A stretch of DNA of 64,000 nucleotides, from positions 7,254,001-7,318,000 of the forward strand of contig NC_047063.1 in assembly GCF_902459465.1 (NCBI RefSeq). The letters are read 5' to 3'. Shown here piece by piece: positions 50,951 to 63,906 of the stretch. A program made the position numbers and the translations under genes. The notes beneath the pieces were generated by a model. That model worked only from the letters and a program-made list of their open reading frames with translations, did not search any database and was not told where the DNA came from. The first letter of the stretch is position 1. Each line of letters begins with the position of its first letter. The stretch comes from Asterias rubens (taxonomy: Eukaryota).

Positions 50951-52673
50951 GCCATGAGCCTTCTTTACATCCTAAAATTGTTTCTTGAACTCTTGCTACT
51001 CCATTTGCAAATCTTTTCATTTTTCTCATTTTGTTCTTCTTTCCCATTGTTTTCCAGACTAAAGACCATCAATACTTGGATCCATCAAGATACTCTTGCT
51101 CACTCCAACAGCTACTTTATTACAAAAGCTCAGCTCCATCCAGAAATTTCCAGCAGTCTCTCAACAAGTATTGCACAGCCCACACAGTCATGGAAGATTC
51201 CAGGCTGGAAGATTCAACCTGCAACATTGTTATCAATTGTTATCAATTGCAGAGACTACAACTACCCATAGCTAATTCAGTACCAACATCATTTGTTGCA
51301 GACCTGGAATTTCATCTTTGAAAGGGGCATGGCCAATTTCGCAAGGCAAATTTAATTTCCAAAGGGGCATCAAGGCTAAGCAAGACCATGAGCAAATGGA
51401 GGCCATGGCTTCTGCAGGCCTTTGTGTAAATCCAGGCCTGTTATTGTCCTCCGAAATAATAAACCATGACTCTATTACACCTCAATCTGACTTTGCCTAA
51501 TATCAGAGCTCATTCAATAGAACCCAACCTAGGTTTTATCAAGTAAAGAAACTATTCAGAAATTTACCCAGTCAGTTTCCTTTGTGGTTTTTTACTTGAT
51601 ATTTGAAATACAAAAGTCACATCCCCCTCTTCAGGTGATCCCTTTGCTGTCGCTTCTTAGGTTGTATTGTAAAATAGGGTGTGATCCCTGGCTATACAGC
51701 ACTTACAGCCATCTGACTGGCACCCCAAAAACAAAGATATTGACAAAATAGGGTGACTGCCATAGATGTATCAATTGAAAAGTGCCAGCATGTTAATCTG
51801 AAGGTCGCAAGTTCAAGTCCCGCTCTAGTTTATATTTTGCTATGTTCAAAATGAGAAGGAGGTCAAGTTCAATAGTTACAAAAATTGTATGTAATTCATT
51901 TTTTAAGTGACATAAAAAGGGAGATATGCCTTTGTTGTATGTAAAGACAATGTAATAAAGTTTATGAATAAAATTCCTTAAAGAACAGGTGCTGGCAATT
52001 GTGTTTTTTATCACTTTGTGTGATTGCCATGTCTTTAGTTTTATTTTCTTTGTTTCTGAGAGGAAATGTCTCTCGGGATTTTTAAACGGTTCACTATCAA
52101 ATTTAACATGATTTTAGTTAAAACTAGTTAAGCACTCCCCCCCCCCCCCCCCCCCCACCCCCACACACACCTCCAGGGTGAATGACTGGGCGATCAACAC
52201 TAAAGGCAAACGGTTAATAACCATGTAAACCATGGAACAAGAAGTGTGCAAACGAGAAAATTTGTGTTGTCTTGGTTTGGAGGGAGTTGGTTTATTCTCA
52301 ACGACGGACCTGCCAAAAACTTGCAGACTCCTGTGAAATTTAGGGATTTTAAAACTCAAAGAAGTGAGCCGGGCACTGCACCTTGCAGCACGCAACTTAA
52401 TTAATTGAACAGCGCCCTCTGTTGAGTTAATAAAGTACGGACATTCGAGAGAAAACAAACTGCCATTATCTTAGATTTGGTGATGCATTATACGTCCTGT
52501 AATCTATTGTTTAAAAGCATTTTGAAAAGTATTCTATCGATTTTTAAATGGCCCTTAGCTCAATTTTATACAGAAATATATTTCTTTTTTATTTATAAGC
52601 CAAACTTTGAGATAACAACTGTTTCCATACTAACACCATCTACTCGTTTAAAAGTGTAAATTTATATTGAGCA

Positions 52674-52686
52674 GTTGCATGGCAAC
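52674..52686. promoter_or_regulatory. RFX X-box-like palindrome
   Basis: GTTGCATGGCAAC fits GTNRCN-N-RGYAAC, about 1.5 kb upstream of the first large exon of the FAM194-domain gene. Confidence 0.45.
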
Positions 52687-54166
52687 TTTATGCCAGCAGG
52701 ATCTAGGACGTGTATTGCGCTGCTAATCCGTAAGCACAACACTAATTTATTTTAATTATGTCTAATTGATAGAGTTTGTTGTTAGCACGAAATGTACGGC
52801 GGGATAGTGAACGTCAACTCATGAAACTGGATAGTCTTTATTTAAATTAGTTACCAGAATTCAACGAACAAGGCAAGGCATAACGTTTCAACACACAGGA
52901 TCAGTTTACTACATTCGTCGTGTGTGGCACTCTGTGTGTGTTGTGGCTCTGATCTGAAAAAAAACGAACAATCCACAACACACAAAACACAACTTCATCC
53001 AGTCCAGTGGCACACCACCAAGGCCAAGGCAAATGTGTAGGATAACGGTGTAGAGTGTGGAGGACTCGCTCAGCTCAGAACGTTACCTTTAAGTATACGA
53101 CACTTGCCACAACAAAATGAATTATGGATAATTCCAACAGAGCACCAACGTCTCCAGAAGTTCAGTTGTCAAACTAAAAATAGTTTTTAGTAAAGTAAGT
53201 ATTCTCTCATCCCGTCTCTCAATCAGGACTACAGTCCTACACTGACACTGAAGTGAAACTGGGGTGCTGTTTATCTGGACTCTGCTGTTTTCCAAACAGT
53301 GATATGGCACTCTTACAAAGTCAACATTTCAAAAAGAGAAGTACAACCCACAGGACCTGTGTCTATACCTCAACCATGTCAACATATATAACTGAAAGAC
53401 AACCAAGCATGGAGGGAAAATATTCTTCCTCAATGAACCAAGCGGATAACTTTCCGTATGGCGCCGCCACTTTTTCACTAATTTTTACAAAAAGGGATAT
53501 CTCATTGAGGTAAATTAGATACTAAATGTATATAATTTTATGGCCGGAAGTTCTGAACAAAAATGTTTTTTTGGTAACTGTTTGTTTTTATGCAGTTAAT
53601 AGATGGTTTTCTCGCTGACTATTTTACATCAAAGAATGTTATTTTAAAGACAACCGAACTCGAACTTACTTAACTGACACAGTGTACTTTTCAAGTATTT
53701 CATTTCGGTGTTAACCGTGTAATTGAATTCAAGGGCAGTGCACTCTTGGTTCTTCTGCTAAGTCCCTTTTAAACTATTCCTAGAACTTCCTTATCGTAAA
53801 GCGATCGTGCCTTTCCCGCTTGTGCTCCTAAACTTTGGAACGCTTTACCTAATGTAATACATCAGATGCTGTAGTTCTCTTCCATTGTTAAAAAAAAATT
53901 GCTGAAAACTCATTTATTTAAATCCTCATACACATAGCTCGTTACTTGTCTTGACTTAGATTATTGTATTCTATATTTCTTTTTTTGTTGTTTACAAAAA
54001 GTTGTTTCTTGTACACTAGATACATGTAGATGGTGCATCATTAATTGCATTATTTTTATTATTACATGGACTACCCTCAAAAAAATTCTAATACATATGT
54101 TTTGTTATTTATATTTTCTATTTTTCAGGATGGCAGAAGCAGAGAGCTCTTAAATGTTGTTGCACA

Positions 54167-57100
54167 ATGACATCGTATTCTGCGCAAGTATTTTTCTTCG
54201 ATCAGAAGATCATTCTCAAACGAAAAAAGCGACGCAGGAAGCACCCAAATGAGCTTCCAAGAAGTCTCCGTTTTGCCAATCTCAATCCTCGCCTTGCCGC
54301 TTTCCTGTCGAGTCAGGAGAGACAAAAAAACAAGAAAGCTCAGGATGGGGAGTGCGGAGAGGAAGGGCAAGATGGGGAGGACGGTGCAGATGGATTCGCT
54401 AAGCATCTCCGAAGACGGGGCAGTTTGGACAGCTTGGAAGACGGGGATTACTCCCAGAGGCAAATGTACCACGAGGCGGTCGTTGCAGCTCCAACACTCC
54501 TAGTCCAACTTTCAAAAATTATCTACCTCTTTGAGAAGGAACACTTGGATCTTGCCAGGGAGTTGGTGAACGATTTGCAAAGCTCTTACAAAGGGCTTAC
54601 CGCCGAGGTCCAGTACACAAAGTACGAGTGGCAGTGTCCAGAAAATGCCTCGCGGGAAGACCAGAAGGAGACGGAGGGCGGGGTTAAGAAACGAGACGGT
54701 GACCAAGAAGAGAATGGAGAAGGAGATAAAGGGGAGAAGAAGAAACGCAAAAAGAAGAAAGCGGGGGATGGTGACGAGGATACAAAGGGTTCCCAGTCGG
54801 CAATGGATAGTACCGTAGGGAGTGCTATGTCCAGCTATAGAGACATGCAGGGTACCAGTAGCTCAATGATGCAGTCATCGCAAAGAGCAAGACCTAAGAC
54901 TGAGAAGAGTAAAGTACAGCTCAAAGCTGAATCTGGTGGTAAGAAGATTGTATTGGAAGAAAAATATCGTGAACATGTTGTGCATAATGTACATCTTACA
55001 CTAAGTGCAATGTCACATGAGGCAATTTACAGGCAGCCAGTTCTAGGCAGACTCCAATAAAGAAAATCCATTCACATTTGAATGTTCACATAATTTTTTC
55101 TAGGGAATTGTATTAGACATTGTTTTACAAGTTACTCATGTGCTACCAAACTGGTCCTGCAGCATGGACTGCTGTTGGTTGCCTCTCAAAGTTGCCTCGT
55201 GTGATGTGCAGTTTGCCTGAACCTTTTTAAACCCCCATAGCAGTAGGATTTGAAACTTTGCATGGTGGAAATAAGATATAGAAGAGTTTGCGGTAACACC
55301 ATGTAATAATAATCTCTAAATGAGTTGGGGTGGTTCTGAAAAGAACCGTTGGGTAACACCATGTAATACCAATCTCTAAATGAGTTGGGGTGGTTCTGAA
55401 AAGAACCGTTGGGATCCAACGGTTCTTTTCAGAACCACCCCAACTCATTTAGAGATTATTATTACATGGTGTTACCGCAAACTCTTCTATTACCCCATAC
55501 CATTCCAATGACTGTCTAGCATTGACTTATAGAAATTTTAAAGTTGTTCTTAGAGTTAATGACATACTAAGTGAGAGACTGTTCCTTCATTTTAAAGTAC
55601 TCTGTTAGAAGAAATCCTGTCTACATTACATCTTTGTGTTTTACATAACATTGGTTTTAATTACTCTAGACTGTGTCCTTATGTGTCTGTGGATGCCAAC
55701 TTGAAAAGTCTTTCTTGGTCTGTTCTCTCTAGCTCGTTTATCTAACAAATATATTGGGTACATGAAATTACATTCACACACACTATACATACAAGTACAT
55801 GTAGATCATTTTTAAACACTTAACAAATTTGAGCAATATAGAAAAGATTGGTTGCACAGTTTTTAGTAACCCACAGGTCAAGTTGAGAAGTGGTGTTTAA
55901 AACTAGTCCGTAGCAGTTTTTACTGCGACAATGTATGCCAATTGCCAGGCCCTGCTCATTCAAACAGAACACTAATTCTATCAAACAGTTTGTCTGACCC
56001 CACCATGCACAGTGAAGTACGTACTTTTCAATACTTTGACTGTTTGATTATTTATTTGTTGACAGTAAATGTATCTGATAGGAGAGCTTCTACTGCGAGT
56101 CATAGGACGTCTGTTCCACTGCTGGGAGAAGCACAATCTGAAGGTAATGTCTGTATGATGTCTGTTTTATAAACTGCATCACTAAGAAGCAATAAAATTG
56201 ACTTACTTGGGATTGATGGGTGAAATTTAAAGGGAAGGTACACGTTTGGTAATTACTCAAAACAAATATTAACTTAAAAACTGACTTGGTAATGAGCATT
56301 GGAGAGCTGTTGATAGTATAAAACATTGTGAGAAACGGCTCCCTCTGAAGTAGCATAGATTTTGAGAAAGAGGTAAGTTCTCACTGTACCTTACAAGCCT
56401 GCTGCCATTGAATGACTCGGGTTTAATAACTACTGGACTTGATAAAAAGTACTCAACCATAATGTTCATGATTATTGTCGTAGTTGTCCACCAGCCCAAC
56501 TTTCTCCAAGTCATCAGCTTCTCAATGTCTTCCAAGATCTGCGAGGAAAAAGGATGGATCGTGGAGAAAGAGGAGACAGAGAAAGAGTTTGAGCAGCAGA
56601 CAGTGTTAGAATGGGCCAGAGAAAGACTCCAGCAAGCTATGGCATTAGCGTAAGTTAAACAATTTCTGTGGCGTCAATCTATTGATGAAAGTGTAGATTA
56701 TTTCTACGAATCTATAGACGATGTGACCTGTGACATCACATGTTTACAAAAGATCCACCAAGCCTGGACTTCCTGCAGGCACGATTTGTACACAGCCTAA
56801 TGGAAGAAAACATAAAATCTTATATTTTATTGAGATTGCACTGTCCAATTCCTATCAACTTTTGATATGATGAAAGGGGGCACATCTTAAACTTGTCCAG
56901 CTTTTACTTTCATAACTCTTGGATTTATGTGGAAATTATGACACAAAGTGTCAACTTTCCCATAGGACCAGTGCAGTATCTTGCCTGCTAGACTAGCTAA
57001 AGAATGTACAAGATCAAACGTATTGAAACTAAAGGTCACATGGTCTATACTTAACTGTAGATTCATTATGAATCTGCACTTGTCTGTAGATTCGTGGCAT

Positions 57101-60100
57101 TTCACGTGCTTGAATTCAATCAAATAAGCTTGAATTCTGGCTTCTGCTAGATTGAAATCTGAGCTTATTTATTTTATGCGATTCTATTTTTCTACCAGTG
57201 TGCCAAGTATTACACAAAGACTTATCAACATGCAAACTAGGCTTCCAATGTTTACCGAGTGCTACGTGTTACGTTCTCTTATAATATGAAACTTTAAAAT
57301 GTAAAGCAATTCAACCTGTTTGACAATGTACACGTATGATCAATTTTATGCTAACGATCAGTGTACTTTGCTTCACTGTTGTCAGTTGCTTAGTTACATG
57401 ACTCTGTTGCTATGTTACAATATTGTATTCGAGACATATCTCTCTTTATGGCATCACGTACACAGCTGTTAAGTGCCCTAGTTTCTAAGTGTTGAGTGTT
57501 CTTATGTTTAGCTAATAAAACATGTAATAACTGAAAGACCATTGTGGATAAATCATGTTTACATTTCATAAAACATGTTAGATTACTGGTATGATCTCTT
57601 AACAAACAGATGTTCTTTTTCTCTTGGGTCATAACTCTGTTTTTGTTATTGGATAATGATGAAGTTTTTAAAGGCCATGATATTCTTCCTACTTTGGTCT
57701 GTTTTCCGATTGTTGTTTGCCCTCGGCAAAAATAATTTTGTTTTTTAATAAGGCCTGAACAATCTGTATCAGCGTACACCATTTGTTTACACGTACATAG
57801 GTCAGCCCTTTTACAGGACAAATTTTGTCCTACTTTTTTCCTTGTGACTAACATGCCTGTTTTAAAAAAAGCCTCTTGTCACGTCAGCAGTGCTGTAATA
57901 TTTGTATAATTCCAATCTTTTGTCTGAATTATTAAAATGTTATGATAAATTTTCTATACTTTTAACCGCAGTGAGAATTAGGCAATTAACCCCAATACAA
58001 GTACAATACAAGTTAAATTATCAAAGCTAATATTGTAGAGAAAACGGCATGTATTGAAGAAAATAAATAGAGAGGCCTACCTATGTCTCGTGTAAACTAA
58101 TCCAGATATCTTACACAGTGATCAAAAAGTATTTCGAAGTTATTATTTCATCATACCAACAGAGGATTACCACCAATTACAGGCATGGTAATTAAAGTAC
58201 AGAGTTTAAAAGAAGTACTCATTAAATTACTCAATTAAAAATACACAAAATACTATAAAAAAGGCAAGAAACACACCCACCACATACACGCATTCCTGAT
58301 AATGCATCCCCGTAGAGACAACTTTTGTTCTTTCTTTTGTCCCTGTACTTAAGATTTTCCCATAGACTTTGTACACAAATCTCTTGTGGAGCACCCGGTC
58401 TTTTAGAATTTCCCTGTGGAGTCCTTTTGTTTTCCCTTTTTTGTTTTGCCTTTGGTCTCCATAAGGTATTGAATATAAGAGCAAGGACACACAAAGCCAC
58501 AAAACTGATATTAAACAATACAAATTTATCCCGCTCCTCCCAACAGCCAAGAACAGCTCCAACGCGAGAAGGATCTCGGTCGAGATCGCCCGTTGTATCT
58601 TCGTTACTATGGTGACGCTAAGCGAGAAGCCATTCTGAAGTACACTGGGAAGCGAGGGAACAGTAAATCACAGAGCCACAGCGCTGGAAGGATCATCGCT
58701 CCAAAGTTACCCCAGGTGTCTGGTGTAACAGGCCAGCATAAAGTCATCACTGGTCTACCTGATGGCACCATGAACATCTTGTATCCTTTAAAAAAAATAA
58801 AATTCAAATCTACTGCAGTGATGTTTGAAGCTTTGTACGGTGTAAACAATAAGAAAAAGCTATAAAAAGTTGTAAACTTGCGGGTACAACCACATACTCC
58901 TGATGTGCCTGGAATACAAGCAGAGTATAAGGTTTGAATCGTTGAGACCAAACCAAAACTACTCGGCTAAATCAATCACAAGAACCATCTCTGCCCTCAC
59001 AGGTACCCATGTACCCATGGGTGGAGAGAAGCAATTATAGTTAAGTGTCTTGCTTAGAGACACAAGTGTCACGACCGGGATCCGAACCCACAATCTGCTG
59101 AACAGAAGCACCAGAGCTTGAGTTCGGTGCTCTTATCCGCTCGGCCACGACATCAACAATAGAGAGGTCAATTGTTTGTTTATGGGGTGCATCTATTGTA
59201 GCTTACTCAGGAATTATATTACTTAATTTATTGTAAGCCATTTGACCATGTATATTATAGTCCTTGACCTGTTATATTCACAGCTATCCATCAGGCAATT
59301 TAGCCATTATTCTAAGTAAAGCTGGCTTTGGTCGTCCCGGTTATTACACCATTGTATATAATGACAATGATAGCCATGATATGCTGGCTGAGTTTACTCC
59401 TACTGGACGAGGATGTTGCCATCATCCCAATGGCATTATTAGGTAAGTTGAACCATTTGTCTTCAGATGGACTGTAATCTCAAGTGTTGATGACTCGAGT
59501 CGGTGACTTGATCAGGGATGAGATTGTTCAGCCTTTTGGCTGAATTCAGACTTGTTGTGTGGGCCTGGTGAATAAAATCAGACAATATTTTTTTCCACAA
59601 ATAAAGAAATCCTGCTCTTTGGTCAACTTCTCTATTGCTTTGGATACTGTTTCCAAATGCTCCTTGAAATCTATAACCCCAGGGGAATACCAACCAGTAG
59701 AAATGACATCATTGCAACATGTGCCTTTGAATTTGTATCCAAGTTTCAGACTTTTCGTTAGTAGTGACTCTCACCCCTGCTTGATGGACTCGAGTCAGAC
59801 TCTATCTGTGGCATGGGGATTTGTTAATGTAGTATAACATACATAATTGTAGAAATTGGGTTTGAATATGATGAGTTAATTGTACATGATACTGCACACA
59901 TTTAATATAATACACACGGTAATTATGTGTGCATTCATATCTGCAGGAAGCTTTGGGCTCGCTAATTTAATTGACTTGCCACTTGACTTGACTTGGGGAA
60001 AAATTACTAATGACTTGACTTGACTTGCACAAAAATTACTTGAGTGTTGAGAATTGACTTGAATAAAGTTGATTTTTATGACAATGCTGTTGTTGTTTTA

Positions 60101-63100
60101 AGTGATGACAAAACCCCATAGGATACAGTATGTTAATCTCAAAACAGCTTGAATTTGTTTTCATTTAAATTTCCTTTTGGTTTATTCCATGAAAGGGTAT
60201 TAAAAAGTCTGAAATTGTTTTAAGGTAGGGACCCTGATAATTTTGGGTACATTGAAGGGTCTTTATAATTAGTAGGTTCATCAAAAAGCCTTTGATTCAT
60301 TGACTACAAAGTTCATGCTCATTTAATAAATGAATTTTCTATGAAACACAGCCAAATACTCATGTAATTTTCGTTTACATTTCGACTACTACCACTAGTC
60401 ATCCTCAGAATGAGGCACCACCAGTTGGTTGGTGGCGCTGTTTCCTGCTACGGCTACTGGATGGTGGTTTGGCTGATGTGTCCTCCCCTGGGGTGGTGGA
60501 ACTTGGGGTATGATGGGGTCCCATATATGTGAAAGTTCGTACCCATCCTCGTCTCTGTTGAGCGTTGATTGTTGTCTCCTTATCAGAAGACTTGCCCGAA
60601 TCCACCGTCTAAATTTGTCACCCTCTCTATGTAAAATTACACTGTCCGCCCAATTCATCACATGGTTGCTGTCCCTAGCGTGTTCTGTTTTAGCCGATTT
60701 GGTTTCTTTTCCTACTGTTTATGTTTTTCTTGCCCTCATCATTGTGCCGGTTGTTTGTTTGTTGACTTCTGTTTTGTGTTCTTCGAACCGAGTACTGGAA
60801 ACAGCGCCACCAACCAACTGGTGGTGCCTCGTTCTGAGGATGACTAGTGAAACAAGTTGTCACGTAAATGAAAATTACGTGAGTATTTGGCCGTGTTTCA
60901 TAGAAAATTCATGTATTAAGTTGATATTTTACCAGCCTGATGAACTTCTTTCATGATGTTCATGCTTATGTTGGATAAAAACTAACAAACTTCACATTGA
61001 TGTTTCTCCCTAGATTCTTGAGCACCGAGAAAGGAGGCATGGTGATAGACACAGAGGGCGTGGTCACTCGCAAGTGGGGATGGCCCCTCCCTCATCTACG
61101 CATGGCCACGCCCATATTCTTCCATCTGAATCATAACATTAGCTTTAGGTGTCACAATAAGACACAGATGACCTTGACGTTCTTGTGTCACAAAGAGACG
61201 GCGAAGATTCAAGTGGGTCAGGTCATGATGGCAGTTGAGCCAGTTACTCAGGAAGATATGGTGAGATATGAGATCTAAAACTATTTAGCCTATAGACCCA
61301 TTTTATATGACATCACACTCTCAAAAAGGAGGCAGATCATTGGAAAATAGCTGTTCTCTGTGCGTAAAAACAGGCGCGTTAAAATGCAAGGGGAGCTATT
61401 GATTTCTTACACAATACTGAGCACCCTCAAACAATGCACGTAATTTTGGGTGTCAACTCTCTTTTGTGCATGTTTGTATACAATTTTGACACCCAAAATG
61501 ACACCAAGGATAGGCACATGTGAGTACGCTGCGATTATTGCAAGAAGTCTATAGCGCATTTTACAATATACTCTCCAGGGAGCTGAGAAAGATTACAGGA
61601 ATGCTATTGGCCTATTTACCATGGCAGTAATGTAAAGCCCATTGATATGTTACTATAAAAATTATGTTAAATATATTTTCTTTGCCAATGTATTGAACTT
61701 TCATCATTACAATTGAAACTTTAAATTCTTCACTGGAAATATCTTCAATCAATTTTTTTTTATCTTCATAATAGTGTCATTTACTCTGTTGTATATTTGA
61801 TGAATTTAACTGAAATATTTTCTTATCCAATTGTTTTTGTTACCCGTTTTCTGTGTGTTGGTCAATATACTTCCCAATCATCAAGTGTTAAAGGATTTTT
61901 TCATTTAAAATGTTTTAAATTGTGAATGATGGGGTGTGTATGTATATAAATGCATTTTTGTAACTTCTTTTAAATTAACTTAGTTTTTGTTACTCACTTG
62001 TTTTTTTATGCTTTAATCAAAGTATTTCATAAACCTCAAAGTTTAATAGTTTTTATTGTTAATGTTTTAATCAATCTTGAAAAATGTTTTGTGTGTATAT
62101 TAGGCCTAATGTAAACCAAATAATGTGACGTAGCAACCGTCCCAATAGTCTGAAGAATTCAAATTTAATCAGTAACTTATAACTAACGAAGCAAGTCATT
62201 GTACCAGATTTTTGTAAAAATTAACTCGCAAATGGCTTTATTATCAAGTCACTTTACCTTAAGCTTTTTATTTTACAGGGATATTTGGAAACAGAAGAGG
62301 CCTTCCAATCTAATGCAGCAAAGGAAAGTATCAGACCTCCGCCAGTTGTTAAGAAAGCGCCCAAGAAAGAAGCACAAAGATGGAAGGCTAAAGGAACCCC
62401 GTTTATTCATCCGAAGGTAGCTAAGATAAATACCTTCAAGGATCAAGTAGCGGAGATTGCTAAGAGTCTTGAGATGGAAGAGAAGACAGAGTATGGAATC
62501 CCTGCTGAGAAGGAACTTGCTGTGTTAAATAGAAAAGCTAGGTATGATAAGATTTTAAAGGGAAGGTCACATTTAGTAATCACTCTTACAGCCATTGGAC
62601 ACTATCGGCAATTACTCAAAATAATTATCGTCATAAAACCTTTCTTGATTACGAGTAATGGGGAGAGGTTGATAGTATAAAACATTGTGAGAAACGGCGC
62701 CCTCTTAAGTTATGTAGTTTTCGAGAAAGAAGTAATTTTTCACGAATTTGATTTCGAGACCTCAAGTTTAGAATTTGAGGTCTTGAAATCAAGCATCAGA
62801 CAGTGGACACTATTGGTTATTGTCAAAGACCAGTCTTCTCACTTGGTGTATCTCAACATATGCATAAAATAACAAACCTGTGAAAATTTGAGCTCGTTTG
62901 GTCGTCGGAGTTGCGAGATCACTATGAAAGACAAAAACACCTTTGTCACACAAAGTTGGGTGCTTTCAGATACTTGATTTCGAGACCTCAAATTCTAAAT
63001 CTGAGGTTTCGAAATCAAATTCGTTGAAATCTTTCTCGAAAACTACGTCACTTCAGAGGGAGCCGCTTCTCACAATGTTTTATACTATCAACCTCTCCCC

Positions 63101-63906
63101 ATTGGTCGTAATCAAGAAAGGTTTTATGATAATAATTATTTTGAGTAATTACCAATAATGTCCACTGCCTTTAAAGGTTATGGCAATAAAAGCTTACTCG
63201 GCTACAATTCCGGCCATATCATGTTGAGCCCCCACACCACAGCCCCCTTGCCCCCTTTCAATGTTGGCGGTCTACGCTCCCATCAACATTGAATGGGGGG
63301 ACACGGGAGAGAATGTTAATTGGCAGGGTGGAAGTGGACAGGGAATGTTTTTTGCAAACTCTTGTTCCCAAACTCTACTGATCAGAAACAGCAGAGCTTG
63401 TGTCCGGTGCTCTTACCTGCTCGGCCAAGACACGGCACTTTGTCAAATCTAAGAAAATAATCCCACCAGGGTTGGAAGGGAAGGAAAGAACTCTGGAATT
63501 AAATAATTCATTTTTCTGATTTCAGGCTTGCTTGTGAGGACTGGATGGATCATTATCGCATTGCTGTCGGCATCATGCATCTTATGAATGACTCAACCCT
63601 TCCCAAGCGAAGGAAACGGGGCGTCCAATCTGCAAAAGCAACTGTCACAAAACCTCTCATTGAAGACGTTACAGACGCAGACTCCCCGAACAAGACACGA
63701 TTCGCCAAAGCCAGGGTTCCGTCCGCACCTCTGATGTCCTCGTATAAGAAACGACCTTTCAGCACGGTGTCTTCATTATCAATGAGCAGAAGCAGCCGCT
63801 CAACGAGCACTCGAGCTCTTGATAAACAGGACCGAGTAAGAATTGATGTCGATGACCAAGGAGCCACGCCCAATCCTTGCACACCGGCAGCATTCTCAAT
63901 CAGCGG
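54167..63906 (+). CDS. FAM194-domain protein (C3orf20/ERICH6-like), at least 8 exons, 3' end beyond the window
   Basis: Phase-consistent GT-AG exons 54129-54938, 56066-56143, 56484-56649, 58547-58780, 59284-59442, 61014-61260, 62279-62541, 63526-63906. Motifs VISFSMSS..C.EKGW, PDGT..IFYPSGNLAI, GRGCCHHPNG, RKWGW, CEDWMDHYR. The start codon is uncertain because the frame is open back to the 54129 acceptor. Confidence 0.8.
55279..55489. repeat. Direct-plus-inverted repeat A-B-rc(A), probably Penelope-derived
   Basis: A = 55279-55352, B (60-bp partial copy) = 55353-55412, exact reverse complement of A = 55416-55489. Confidence 0.9.
56231..56382. mobile_element. Kolobok-like MITE K1, left half
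   Basis: TTAA|AGGGAAGGTACACGTTTGGTAATTAC followed by K1 body. Confidence 0.75.
58948..59152 (-). mobile_element. tRNA-derived SINE S1 (body type b)
   Basis: Same head; body ttctctccacccatgggtacatgggtacc. Confidence 0.75.
60323..60919 (-). mobile_element. Penelope-like element fragment: GIY-YIG C-terminus bracketed by inverted terminal repeats
   Basis: Minus strand EEHK...KSAKTEHARDSNHVMNWADSVILHREGDKFRRWIR..LIRR...LNRDEDGYELSHIWD (one stop). About 123-bp inverted arms at 60323-60445 and 60797-60919. Confidence 0.85.
60372..60412 (-). ncRNA. Minimal hammerhead ribozyme motif within the Penelope terminal repeat (CpG-decayed)
   Basis: catt-CTGAGGA-t-GACTA gtggtag TAGTC-GAAA-TG-TA-aacg; perfect 5-bp stem II. 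Confidence 0.65.
62590..63170. mobile_element. Composite of two opposite-orientation Kolobok-like K1 copies
   Basis: Left end agccattggacac at 62590, a second terminus cagtggacactattgg at about 62801, right end gtccactgcct|TTAA at 63170. Confidence 0.75.
63190..63433 (-). mobile_element. tRNA-derived SINE S1, rearranged
   Basis: Head gtcttggccgagcaggtaagagcaccgg...ctgatcagtagagt, plus tactcggc tail motif shared with the 58948 copy. Confidence 0.55.

Noticed and set aside
54961-55060. ORF-track C-terminus (KKIVLEEK...GRLQ) as the real end of the 297-aa protein
   Set aside because: A donor GGTG|GTAAGA at 54939 splices in phase to downstream FAM194-domain exons, so this stretch is intron read-through.
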